A DNA stretch of 25,371 nucleotides from a virus. Its lineage: Duplodnaviria; Caudoviricetes. The notes under the pieces are model-generated. The model saw only the letters and a list, made by a program, of their open reading frames with translations, did no database searches and had not been told where the DNA came from. Of the stretch, positions 8,416 through 17,337 are shown in pieces (the first letter of the stretch is position 1; the number at the start of each line of letters is the position of its first letter). The translations under genes were made by a program, and so were the position numbers. The stretch spans positions 1-25,371 of IMG/VR virus record IMGVR_UViG_3300025769_000766. The stretch is one strand, 5' to 3'.

Positions 8416-10140
8416 ATGGTCGCTCCTGTCCTTGGCCTTCCTGCATTATTACAAGCAATAGCTACAATTGGCGTTGGTGGAGCCGTAGGATATAAAGCAC
8501 AAAAAGATTTACAACCAGTAATAAAATCGTTAAAGAACAGTCCGGAAGATATGGATAGTTCAGAATTAAAAATGTTACGGGCACTATTGCTGCCTAACCA
8601 AGCTGTAGCTCAAGAGTTAAAAGATATGACTACTTCTAGATCTGTTAAAGCAACAGGAGATGGCCAAGTATTTGCTCCCGATGCAGATGAAATAGAAAAA
8701 CAAAAAGAAGATTTAGAGATACTTTTGAAACCACCCACAAGAGCACCCGAACCAGTTAAACCAGTCATAGAAATATTTCCTGGGGATACGTTAGAACCTC
8801 CGCAAATACCAACTACAGAAAAACCTGAAATACAAACAAAAGAAAGTTTTCCGGATTTATCAGAAGAAATAAATAAACCACAAATATTTGAGCAAAAAGA
8901 AAGTAAAGGTATTATGGGAACAAATTCTCAAGAGGGTGGAAAAATAATTAAAGATGTGACTGCCGGAGTATCAGCACAAGAGGATGCTGTACCTAGTTTA
9001 TTAGAACAAGGAGCACTAGCAAAACCTATTAAAGATTTCTTTAATGAAGATGATCAAGTAGTAAATTATAAAATTGGTGACACTATTGGAGCTTATGGAG
9101 GAACTGTTGAAAGAAGTTTGGATATAGAAGCAAATGTAAAACCTGATTTTAACATAGATACATTTGGAGAAGTTATAAAAGAAAGAGCAAAACAATTTAA
9201 CCAAGATGCTGTGTTTGTTGCTGAATCGGTTCCGGCAGATTTTGAAGGAGCAAACGTAGGCTTTAGTTTAGATTTTGGTTCTGATTTAAAAATGAAAGAT
9301 GCTTTAGATGTGTCTGGAAAATTATCAGAGACAGCTCAGTTAGATGGTTTTACTTTTAAAGTTAAAAATTTAGATACATCAGGTTCGTCAATATATTTAC
9401 CACAAAATATTATAGATGCAGAGTTGACAGAAAAAGCTATTAAAAGATACGGGATAACTGATGAAATTAATAAAGCAGGTTTCATGATGCCTGATGGTAA
9501 AATGTTAAATTTTTCAAGAAACGGAAATGTAAGGGACACCGAACACCGGAGAATCAATCTGACAATGGGTGGTTCTGACGTAAATGATTTTGGACCAATG
9601 TATGATTTTATGAACAAGACCGGTGCTATAAGATTAACAGGTAATGCTAATAGACTGTATGCAGAACTATCTTCTAAACCATCTAATACACAACTAAGAA
9701 AAATTGTTGATGAATATAACAATAATAGAGAAAAATATGATTCAATGATTATAAGTATTACAGTTCCCGGCAAAGAAAAAGGTAGCGGTCAGTTTGGTCA
9801 ACCAAAAATAGAAGCACAAGAAAAAGGTATTGATCTAAGAAAGCAAGACTATAGATTACCAAACGAAGCTTTTTACGAAGTTAATGGAGAGAAAGCAAAT
9901 GCTACAGATATTTTAAATAAATTTAAATCTACTGATGTAGCAGGCAAAACATTTACTGGTATCAGACAGTTAAACATTCCTGATTTTTCAAATATTTCTG
10001 ATCAAGAAGCGTTACAAAAAATAAGAAATTTACAAAACAATATGGGTAAGTTTATTGAATCTACTGGATTAAAAACTCTGGACAAACCTAAAACAAAATT
10101 CTATAACACTAAACTATACACAAAAGGAAAAGATTATTAA
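8416..10140 (+). CDS. Mosaic protein: hydrophobic N-terminus, Pro-rich linker, C-terminal globular domains
   Basis: 574-aa ORF 1 nt after the upstream stop. MVAPVLGLPALLQAIATIGVGGAVG, then a KPPTRAPEPVKP...PPQIP linker, GAYGGTVERS...FNQDAVFV and AGFMMPDGKMLNFS...EHRRI...GAIRL. Confidence 0.7.
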   Translation: MVAPVLGLPALLQAIATIGVGGAVGYKAQKDLQPVIKSLKNSPEDMDSSELKMLRALLLPNQAVAQELKDMTTSRSVKATGDGQVFAPDADEIEKQKEDLEILLKPPTRAPEPVKPVIEIFPGDTLEPPQIPTTEKPEIQTKESFPDLSEEINKPQIFEQKESKGIMGTNSQEGGKIIKDVTAGVSAQEDAVPSLLEQGALAKPIKDFFNEDDQVVNYKIGDTIGAYGGTVERSLDIEANVKPDFNIDTFGEVIKERAKQFNQDAVFVAESVPADFEGANVGFSLDFGSDLKMKDALDVSGKLSETAQLDGFTFKVKNLDTSGSSIYLPQNIIDAELTEKAIKRYGITDEINKAGFMMPDGKMLNFSRNGNVRDTEHRRINLTMGGSDVNDFGPMYDFMNKTGAIRLTGNANRLYAELSSKPSNTQLRKIVDEYNNNREKYDSMIISITVPGKEKGSGQFGQPKIEAQEKGIDLRKQDYRLPNEAFYEVNGEKANATDILNKFKSTDVAGKTFTGIRQLNIPDFSNISDQEALQKIRNLQNNMGKFIESTGLKTLDKPKTKFYNTKLYTKGKDY

Positions 10141-10310
10141 TGGCTACAGTAAAAGGATTATACGATTTAATTAAAAAAGAACAAGCTGAAGGTAAGCCTA
10201 TAGGCATGTTTGAACAATCTATCATCGATGCTTATGAAGCAGGCAAAGATGATAAAAAAACAAAAGAAGTAGATGTTTCATTTGTAAAAAATAAAGATGA
10301 AACTAATTAA
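10140..10310 (+). CDS. Small hypothetical protein (56 aa; not in the supplied ORF track)
   Basis: Hand translation MATVKGLYDLIKKEQAEGKPIGMFEQSIIDAYEAGKDDKKTKEVDVSFVKNKDETN. TAATG overlap with the upstream gene, and it fills the gap to the nuclease. Confidence 0.7.
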   Translation: MATVKGLYDLIKKEQAEGKPIGMFEQSIIDAYEAGKDDKKTKEVDVSFVKNKDETN

Positions 10311-10956
10311 AAAATATCCTTACACACATTACAATCGTTTTTCAGACACTACCGGTAGAAAATATTTAGTAGGTCAAGCTAAAGTTCCAAGTGTAACAAC
10401 AATACTATCAGCCACTAAAGACAAACGTTTTTTAGAAAATTGGAGAAGAAAAGTGGGTAATGAAGAAGCCGACAGAATAATGAGACAAGCATCTACTATT
10501 GGTACAGAAATGCATCAAGTATTAGAGTACGCGTACAACGGACAAGGGTATTACAACGCTAACGAAGAAACAGGTAAACAGCCTAGGATGATGGCTAAAA
10601 TAATATTACAAAATTTAAAGATAGAAGAAGTTTGGGGTAATGAAGTATCTTTAGAATACGAGAACCAGTTTGCAGGGACAACGGATCTTGTAGCACTAGC
10701 GTATGGTAAACCGTCCATAGTAGATTTTAAACAAGCAAACAAACCTAAACGAGAAGAATGGGTAGATGATTATAAGTATCAACTAGGAGCTTACTATCTT
10801 GCACATAAAAAAAACTACGGGCCTATCGAACAAGGGGTGATTAGTATTTGCACAAGAGATCTTCAATACCAAGAATTTAAAATGAATGAATCAGATTTAA
10901 TGGAGTATGGAGATAAGTTTTTAGAAAGAGTAGAACAATTTAAAAAGTTACAATAA
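10297..10956 (+). CDS. PD-(D/E)XK exonuclease (phage RecB/MGME1-like)
   Basis: PSVTTILS, GTEMHQVLE, EVSL, AGTTDLV, IVDFKQ and YKYQLGAY motifs. Confidence 0.85.
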   Translation: MKLIKKYPYTHYNRFSDTTGRKYLVGQAKVPSVTTILSATKDKRFLENWRRKVGNEEADRIMRQASTIGTEMHQVLEYAYNGQGYYNANEETGKQPRMMAKIILQNLKIEEVWGNEVSLEYENQFAGTTDLVALAYGKPSIVDFKQANKPKREEWVDDYKYQLGAYYLAHKKNYGPIEQGVISICTRDLQYQEFKMNESDLMEYGDKFLERVEQFKKLQ

Positions 10957-12378
10957 CCAATCTTTAAGTTCTTCTTCCCCTAAAGTTTTTGCAGCTATCT
11001 GTCCTTTTATAGTTAAAGCTTTCATAATTTTTTCATCTATAGTATTTTCAGTTATAATATCAATAATCACAACAGTTCCTGTTTGCCCTGATCTATGAGC
11101 TCTGTCTTCAGATTGTTTTCGTACTTCTAAATTATAGTTGTTAGAGAAGTAAACAACTGTATTAGCAGCAGTTAATGTTAGACCATAACCACCTGTTGTT
11201 GGATTGCTTACAAAAAATCTTACCTTAGGATCATTTTGAAATAACTCTATAGCTTTCTGTCTATCTTTAAGTTTGGTGGCCCCATATATTTCAACAAAAG
11301 ATTCTTTACCATATTTAGTATTAAGAAATTGTTTTATCTGTTCAATGTTATAAATGTAATTAGCCCATATAATAATTTTATCATCTGTTTCTTCTATAAT
11401 TTCTTCAAGAGCATTAATTTTTTGTTTACCAAACTCCATCATTTTTCCATCATCGTCCTTACAAAAACCATTAGTTAATTGATGTAGTTTTATCATCTCG
11501 GTTAATTTGTTACTGAAAGATATAGTAGAGTCTCCAATGATTGCTAAAGCACGTCTTCTAAGTTTTTCATATAAGATACCTTGTTCACTAGACATAGTGA
11601 CATGTCTTTTTTGTCTTACTTTAGGTTTTAAATCTAAACATTCATCTTTACGAACTCTAAAAGAAAACTTATCTAATTTATGTTCCAATTCCTCAATGTT
11701 TTTGTAGTATTTAGGTATACTAATAAAACGGTTGGCCCCCATTTGTATTTGATGCATTTCAGCATATCTATTTCTAAAAGAATAAAAACTCTCAAAACCT
11801 AATAGTTTAGGATCTAAAAAATAACACTGAGAGTATAAATCAAGTGGGGATTTAGTCACTGGAGATCCAGTTAAAATTCTTCTAAATTTAATATGTTTAC
11901 TAAGAGATAAAATGTATTTAGTTCTTTTAGCTTTTGGATTTTTAATCGTAGTAGACTCATCAATAACAGCAAAATTTTTAGGAAATTTTTTAAGAAAAGA
12001 CTCTGCCTCTTTATACCCGTTTTTACCACTTAGGGCCTCTACATTCATTAGAAATATTTTAAGTTTTTTACTTTTTAAGAAAAAATTCCAGCTTTTAGGT
12101 TTATCTAATTTCCATTGAAATATATCTCTACCTACTACATCTGGTAGGTGCGCTTGTATTTCTTTACTCCATATAGTGTATACAGATTTTGGAGCAATAA
12201 TTAATACTGTATCAATTTCTTTTCTTAAATATAAATACCCAATATTATCAATAGCTGTTTTAGTTTTACCAGTACCCATCTCCATAAAATAAGCATATGA
12301 ATTTTCTTCAGCTGATTTATTTAAAGCAGTTCTTTGGTGTTCAAAAGGTTTAGTCTTATACGGGTATTTCCATTCCAT
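10948..12378 (-). CDS. SNF2-family (SF2) helicase/ATPase
   Basis: Walker A MEMGTGKT, Walker B IDEST, LTGSP, GGYGLTLT and motif VI QSEDRAHRSGQ. ATG at 12378 is preferred over TTG at 12381. Confidence 0.92.
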   Translation of the reverse strand: MEWKYPYKTKPFEHQRTALNKSAEENSYAYFMEMGTGKTKTAIDNIGYLYLRKEIDTVLIIAPKSVYTIWSKEIQAHLPDVVGRDIFQWKLDKPKSWNFFLKSKKLKIFLMNVEALSGKNGYKEAESFLKKFPKNFAVIDESTTIKNPKAKRTKYILSLSKHIKFRRILTGSPVTKSPLDLYSQCYFLDPKLLGFESFYSFRNRYAEMHQIQMGANRFISIPKYYKNIEELEHKLDKFSFRVRKDECLDLKPKVRQKRHVTMSSEQGILYEKLRRRALAIIGDSTISFSNKLTEMIKLHQLTNGFCKDDDGKMMEFGKQKINALEEIIEETDDKIIIWANYIYNIEQIKQFLNTKYGKESFVEIYGATKLKDRQKAIELFQNDPKVRFFVSNPTTGGYGLTLTAANTVVYFSNNYNLEVRKQSEDRAHRSGQTGTVVIIDIITENTIDEKIMKALTIKGQIAAKTLGEEELKDWLL

Positions 12379-12382
12379 CAAA

Positions 12383-12440
12383 ATTATATTAATTTTTTTC
12401 TTGCATTAATCAAGAAAATAATTATTAAGGCTCCAGGAGG
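12383..12440. promoter_or_regulatory. Divergent promoter region of the replication module
   Basis: Inverted repeat TTTTCTTG-cattaat-CAAGAAAA (12396-12418) gives back-to-back TTGCAT and TTGATT hexamers. Minus-strand TATAAT at 12388-12383, plus-strand SD AGGAGG at 12435-12440. Confidence 0.55.
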
Positions 12441-12445
12441 AAAAT

Positions 12446-12994
12446 ATGGAAAACTTAAATATAGAAAAGTTCTCAAATATCGAGTTAGGTAAAGACGAAG
12501 TTGAATCTATTTCTGATAAATGTAATGAACTAAAAAGTCTTCATAAACAAATTGAAGACAAAGAAGAAGAAATTTCTGAGCTGAAAAAAAAGGCCAAAGA
12601 ATATGAGGAACGAATAATTCCTGATATGATGCACGAGGCAGGAGTTCAAAAGCTTGAGCTTAAAGACGGTTCAAAGGTTGAAGTAAAACCTTTTTATGCT
12701 GCTAAAATTCCTGAGTCGAGAAACGATGAGGCTTTTAGTTGGCTTAGAGATAACGGTCATGGAGACATGATCAAAAATATCTTAACGGCAAATATAGACA
12801 AAGGAAAAGACAATCAAGTTTCTGAGTTAATCAAAATTTGTGATGATCTTGGATTTGCATATACTCAAAAACAGAAGGTTGAACCTATGACCCTGAAGGC
12901 ATTTGTTAAAGAACAAGTGGAAGAAGGAAAGCAGGTTCCATTCGACATGTTTGGAGTGTATATTGCTAATAAGACAAAAATAACGAACAAATAA
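12446..12994 (+). CDS. Conserved phage replication-module protein of unknown function
   Basis: Strong SD. N-terminal coiled coil, AFSWLRDNGHGDMIKN and VEPMTLKAFVKEQ, a pattern commonly seen beside phage SSB/primase genes. Confidence 0.7.
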   Translation: MENLNIEKFSNIELGKDEVESISDKCNELKSLHKQIEDKEEEISELKKKAKEYEERIIPDMMHEAGVQKLELKDGSKVEVKPFYAAKIPESRNDEAFSWLRDNGHGDMIKNILTANIDKGKDNQVSELIKICDDLGFAYTQKQKVEPMTLKAFVKEQVEEGKQVPFDMFGVYIANKTKITNK

Positions 12995-13007
12995 TAACGG
13001 AGTAACT

Positions 13008-13799
13008 ATGAAAATAAATGACAAAAAAGAAGTCGCTGTCAAAGAAGTTGGTGGCGCTGTTGCAAATATAAATTTGGAACAATTTGCAGACGAAGGTTTT
13101 GAAAATGTAGACTCAAAAAGTTTGGCTTTACCATTTTTAAAAATACTTGGTCAACTATCTCCACAAGTAACGCAAGGAGATTCACAATTCATATCAGACG
13201 CAAGACCTGGTATGATTTTTAACACTGTAACTAATCAATTATATGATGGTCAAAAAGGAATTTCAGTAGTTCCATGTTTTTATAAGCTTGAGTATATTGA
13301 GTGGAGAGACAGAGGTATGGATGGAAGTTCAGCACCTGTAAATATCTATCCTGCAGACAGTGATATAATGTCGAAAACTAACAGAGACGATAAGAATAAA
13401 GATAGACTCGAAAACGGAAATTACGTTGAAGAGACTGCTTCACATTACGTCTTAATTGTGGAAGACAAAAATGTATCTAGCACTGCTATGATGACTATGA
13501 AATCTACTCAAAGAAAAAAATCTAAAAAGTGGAATTCAATGATGATGTCAGTGAGAGAGAAGAAAAAAGATGGATCAGGTTATTTCAAACCTGCACCATT
13601 TACTCAAACGTACACTCTTAAAACTGTACTAGAAAAGAATAATTTAGGTTCTTGGTATGGTTGGGAGATTGAACATGAGGGTACAATTCAATCGAGCGAT
13701 GTCTTAGAGTCTGCTTATAATTTTTACAAAAGTTGTAAGCAAGGAGCTGTAAAAGTTAATCACGATAAAGAAGAGTCCACGGAAAAATCACCATTCTAG
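13008..13799 (+). CDS. Putative single-stranded DNA-binding/annealing protein
   Basis: SD GGAG. LPFLKILGQLSPQ, YIEWRDR and GSWYGWEI, with an acidic tail ending in PF (DKEESTEKSPF) like SSB tails. Lies directly before the primase. Confidence 0.55.
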   Translation: MKINDKKEVAVKEVGGAVANINLEQFADEGFENVDSKSLALPFLKILGQLSPQVTQGDSQFISDARPGMIFNTVTNQLYDGQKGISVVPCFYKLEYIEWRDRGMDGSSAPVNIYPADSDIMSKTNRDDKNKDRLENGNYVEETASHYVLIVEDKNVSSTAMMTMKSTQRKKSKKWNSMMMSVREKKKDGSGYFKPAPFTQTYTLKTVLEKNNLGSWYGWEIEHEGTIQSSDVLESAYNFYKSCKQGAVKVNHDKEESTEKSPF

Positions 13800-13800
13800 T

Positions 13801-15375
13801 ATGGACGTACTTGACAAGACCCTGGGGGAGTTTATAGAACTCTTCCAGGGTTCACTCACATATTTTGGAGCTTCTAAACCGTTAGGCCAAACGCGTAGCC
13901 GGGACGGGAAGCAAGAATTTAGGCATTGGGTTGAACCCAAACCAATGACTAAGGATCATTGGTTACAACATTTAAAAGGAGAAGCTTACTATGGATCCGT
14001 TCCCATTCGAGATGATAATACATGCAGTTGGGGGGTCATCGATGTTGATCGTTATAATATACAGCATAAGGACGTTATATCGGTTATACGGAAAAGGAAA
14101 TACCCACTCGTCCCATTCAGATCAAAATCCAACGGACTCCATTTAATATTATTCATTGACGGTGTTGTCGAAGCTTCCGACATGCGTAAAAAATTAATTG
14201 AGCTTGCTTCTGATTTAGGTGTTAATGATACTACAACAGATATTTATCCTGCCCAAGACAAAGTAGATCTTACCCCGGAAAAGTGGGACGACAAACATAA
14301 AGGAAGTTATGTAAACCTTCCTTACCAAAAAGCGCACATGACAACTAGAGTTGCAATGGATGATGATGGTAACTCGATTAAATTAGAAGATTTATTTGAA
14401 TTTGTAAAACAACATAAACTTACCCCAGAAAATTTTAAAAAATTAAAAGTATTTCAAGACGATGAAACAAAAGATTACCCACCTTGTGTAGTTAACTTTA
14501 TGAAAAACAAAGTGCAAAAAGGTGAGGGCCGTAACGATGCTATGTTTAATGTAGCTGTATTAGGTAAAAAAATTAATCCAGATCCCGTCATGTACCAAGA
14601 TTGGACACGTAAGATGATGGGTAAAGTATGTTCTGAGGAATTACATCCAAAAGAATTAGAAAATATTTTTAGAGGAGTTGAAAATAAAGAGTATGCTTAT
14701 AAATGTAAAACATCCATAGCTAGAATGCATTGTTCTTCAAGCACATGTTTGAGACGTAAGCATGGTATTGGGGCTAATGAAGCTATACCTGAAGTTGGAA
14801 AACTTGTTAAAATAAATTCATATCCGGAACCTTATTGGATTCTTCCCATACAAGGAAAGTCAGTTAGATTATCTACAAAACAATTATACCAACAGCAACT
14901 ATTAGGAGAGCAATTATTAAATTATGATATTGTTTGGAGACCTCTTAAAGCATCAAAAAGAGATCCAGATCCTTATAGAGATTGGCTTGAAGAATTAGTC
15001 TCTAACAAACAAGACATGGAAGGATTTGATGCTCATGAAGAACAGAATGATGTATTTAATTCAAGGTTATCGCAATTCTTAGAAGATGTAGAGGATACCA
15101 CTGAGTTTGATCAAATAGACTCAGGAAATATTTGGATAGATAAAGTAGAGATGAGATTTAAATTAGAAACGTTTAGAAAATTTATGAAAAAGATGGGGTA
15201 CAATTGGTCCGAAAAAGATTGTACTAAATTCTTAGAAGCAGGGGGAGCAGTGCCTAAGAAAAAATTTCAAAACATTGACACACGTCATTGGATTGTGAAA
15301 TTACCAAAACAAACAGAGCATAAAAACAAAGATGTTAAATTCGTTAAACAAAAAGCTGCGTGGGAAGACAATTAA
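13801..15375 (+). CDS. AEP-superfamily primase with PriCT-like domain
   Basis: WGVIDVD (DxD), RSKSNGLH (SxxGxH), IYPAQD...GSYVNLPY, PPCV...GEGRNDAMF and a Cys cluster YKC...HCSSSTC. No Walker A is seen. Confidence 0.8.
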   Translation: MDVLDKTLGEFIELFQGSLTYFGASKPLGQTRSRDGKQEFRHWVEPKPMTKDHWLQHLKGEAYYGSVPIRDDNTCSWGVIDVDRYNIQHKDVISVIRKRKYPLVPFRSKSNGLHLILFIDGVVEASDMRKKLIELASDLGVNDTTTDIYPAQDKVDLTPEKWDDKHKGSYVNLPYQKAHMTTRVAMDDDGNSIKLEDLFEFVKQHKLTPENFKKLKVFQDDETKDYPPCVVNFMKNKVQKGEGRNDAMFNVAVLGKKINPDPVMYQDWTRKMMGKVCSEELHPKELENIFRGVENKEYAYKCKTSIARMHCSSSTCLRRKHGIGANEAIPEVGKLVKINSYPEPYWILPIQGKSVRLSTKQLYQQQLLGEQLLNYDIVWRPLKASKRDPDPYRDWLEELVSNKQDMEGFDAHEEQNDVFNSRLSQFLEDVEDTTEFDQIDSGNIWIDKVEMRFKLETFRKFMKKMGYNWSEKDCTKFLEAGGAVPKKKFQNIDTRHWIVKLPKQTEHKNKDVKFVKQKAAWEDN

Positions 15376-16945
15376 AATTTTTGGGCCACCCGGAACTGGA
15401 AAAACTGAGAATCTTTTAAGAAGAGTTCAACGTTTTTTAAAACAAGGAATATCTCCAGAAGAGATATGCTACATATCTTTTACTAATAAAGCGGTAGATG
15501 AATGTGTTGGACGTATTCGTAAAAAATTTAAAGAGTACGATGAAGACAGCTTTCAATATTTTAGAACCTTACATAGTTTGGCTCGACAGCAGTTTGCTGA
15601 AATACCGGTGTTAGATCCTAAAGCAGATTTGTTAATGTTTCATACACAATACGGAACGGTAAAAGTAAATTTTAAAAATGAATATGATGATGTAAAAGTT
15701 TATAACAATTGGTCGCTTCAAATTTATGATAGAGCAAGAAACATGAAAGTAGATCCAGTTTGGTTATATAAACAACAACCGAGAAAAGCGGTACGTTTAC
15801 AACAGTTCAAGTCAATTATTGCGGGATACGAGGAGTTTAAAACAATGGAAATGGATAACGGACAACGGACAGCGGACAGACTAGACTTCACCGATATGGT
15901 AAAGAAATTTATAGATGATGCGGGACAACTTCCTATAAAAGTTTTGATGGTAGATGAAGCTCAAGATTTAACCCCGTTGCAGTGGGACATGGTTGTTAAA
16001 ATTGCAAAAAATGTTTGGAGAGTTTACATAGCAGGAGACGATGATCAAGCAATCTATGAGTGGAATGGGGCTGAGGTAGAATATTTTCAAAGCTTTCCTG
16101 GAAGAAATGTAATTTTAAAAAAATCAGTAAGACTTAACAAAGACGTACATTTTTTTTCTAAATGTTTATTGTTAGGTATGAAAAACAATAGAGTAGAAAA
16201 AGAGTTTTATTCAAATGATAAAGATGGGGCCATATATTATTGGAATACTTTAAAGAAAGTACCTTGGAATTTAACTGGTAGTTGGTTAATCTTAGCACGT
16301 ATCAATGATGTTAAAAAAGAACTACAAGAAGAAGCTAGGAATTTATCTCTTTATTATCAAGATGTTAAAGGCAATAAATCTTTTGACATGAATCAGTTCA
16401 AAGCTATTCAATATTGGGAAAAAATATGTGAAGGGGGAAGCATTACCAGAGAAGAAGCTTGCATTATGTATGAGTATTTACTAAACATAGACCATGGATT
16501 TAGGTCTCAAGACAGTAAAAAATGGTCGTTTGCTCATCCTAATCAGGTATTTAACTTTGACGAATTACATTTAAGATGTGGTATGACAGATAATAAGGGC
16601 CCTTGGTTAAAAGTTTTTAAAAGAAAATTTAAAGAAAAAGATAAGCAATATTTTTTAAAAATGATTAAGGAAGGTGTAGATTTAAACCAACCTCCTAAAA
16701 TTATTATAGACACAATACACCAGGTAAAAGGAGGAGAAGCAGATAATGTTGTATTATCTAGTAAATGTAATTTTCCTTCACACTTTGAGAAAAAAAATTT
16801 AGCAGAGAAAATAAAAGAACTTCGGGTTTGGTATACGGGTGCAACCAGATCAAAGGGAACACTTCACTTGTTAGGCACTCATCATCAATTTAATTTTCCT
16901 TTAGGAAAATATTACAAACTATACGAGGCTAATTATGTCAGATAA
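15332..16945 (+). CDS. UvrD/Rep-like superfamily 1 helicase
   Basis: GPPGTGKT, ISFTNKA, RTLHSL, VDEAQD, AGDDDQAIY, TIHQVKGGEAD and YTGATR. The exact start is uncertain (44-nt overlap with the primase). Confidence 0.92.
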   Translation: MLNSLNKKLRGKTIKIFGPPGTGKTENLLRRVQRFLKQGISPEEICYISFTNKAVDECVGRIRKKFKEYDEDSFQYFRTLHSLARQQFAEIPVLDPKADLLMFHTQYGTVKVNFKNEYDDVKVYNNWSLQIYDRARNMKVDPVWLYKQQPRKAVRLQQFKSIIAGYEEFKTMEMDNGQRTADRLDFTDMVKKFIDDAGQLPIKVLMVDEAQDLTPLQWDMVVKIAKNVWRVYIAGDDDQAIYEWNGAEVEYFQSFPGRNVILKKSVRLNKDVHFFSKCLLLGMKNNRVEKEFYSNDKDGAIYYWNTLKKVPWNLTGSWLILARINDVKKELQEEARNLSLYYQDVKGNKSFDMNQFKAIQYWEKICEGGSITREEACIMYEYLLNIDHGFRSQDSKKWSFAHPNQVFNFDELHLRCGMTDNKGPWLKVFKRKFKEKDKQYFLKMIKEGVDLNQPPKIIIDTIHQVKGGEADNVVLSSKCNFPSHFEKKNLAEKIKELRVWYTGATRSKGTLHLLGTHHQFNFPLGKYYKLYEANYVR

Positions 16946-17183
16946 AAATATGTTCGATGAAGCTTTTCCTCAAGATAAACAAATTGGGGGATCTCACTAC
17001 CAACACTATTTAATTCAACCCTATGAATTTATATCTAAAAACGAACTCACGTTTTTTCAAGGAAACGTTGTAAAATATGTTTTGAGATATCCATATAAAA
17101 ATGGTATAGAAGATCTTGAAAAGATAAAACACTATTGCGATTTAGAAATTGAAAAAATTAAAAATGCCAAAAAAGAAAAGTAA
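16935..17183 (+). CDS. DUF3310-family protein (T7 gp1.7 nucleotide-kinase-like)
   Basis: QIGGSHY...IQPYEFI...FFQGNVVKYVLRY..KNGIEDLEKIKHY signature. Confidence 0.85.
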   Translation: MSDKNMFDEAFPQDKQIGGSHYQHYLIQPYEFISKNELTFFQGNVVKYVLRYPYKNGIEDLEKIKHYCDLEIEKIKNAKKEK

Positions 17184-17337
17184 AATAATATTGTGTGAGA
17201 AATGTAATGATTTTGCGGCTGTGATAATTCACAATTATAATTACTACTGTGCAGAGTGTGCACTTTTCATAATGAATATTCCATACAAAAAAGCAACATT
17301 CATAGAGGATGCAAATTTAAGTAGGAAGGTACAATGA
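17164..17337 (+). CDS. Small zinc-finger protein
   Basis: CEKC...YYCAEC. ATG at 17164 is preferred over TTG at 17149. ATGA overlap with the polymerase. Confidence 0.65.
   Translation: MPKKKSKIILCEKCNDFAAVIIHNYNYYCAECALFIMNIPYKKATFIEDANLSRKVQ

Noticed and set aside
10297-10956. Cas4 assignment for the nuclease
   Set aside because: The four-Cys Fe-S cluster is missing (only one Cys); a generic PD-(D/E)XK exonuclease fits better.
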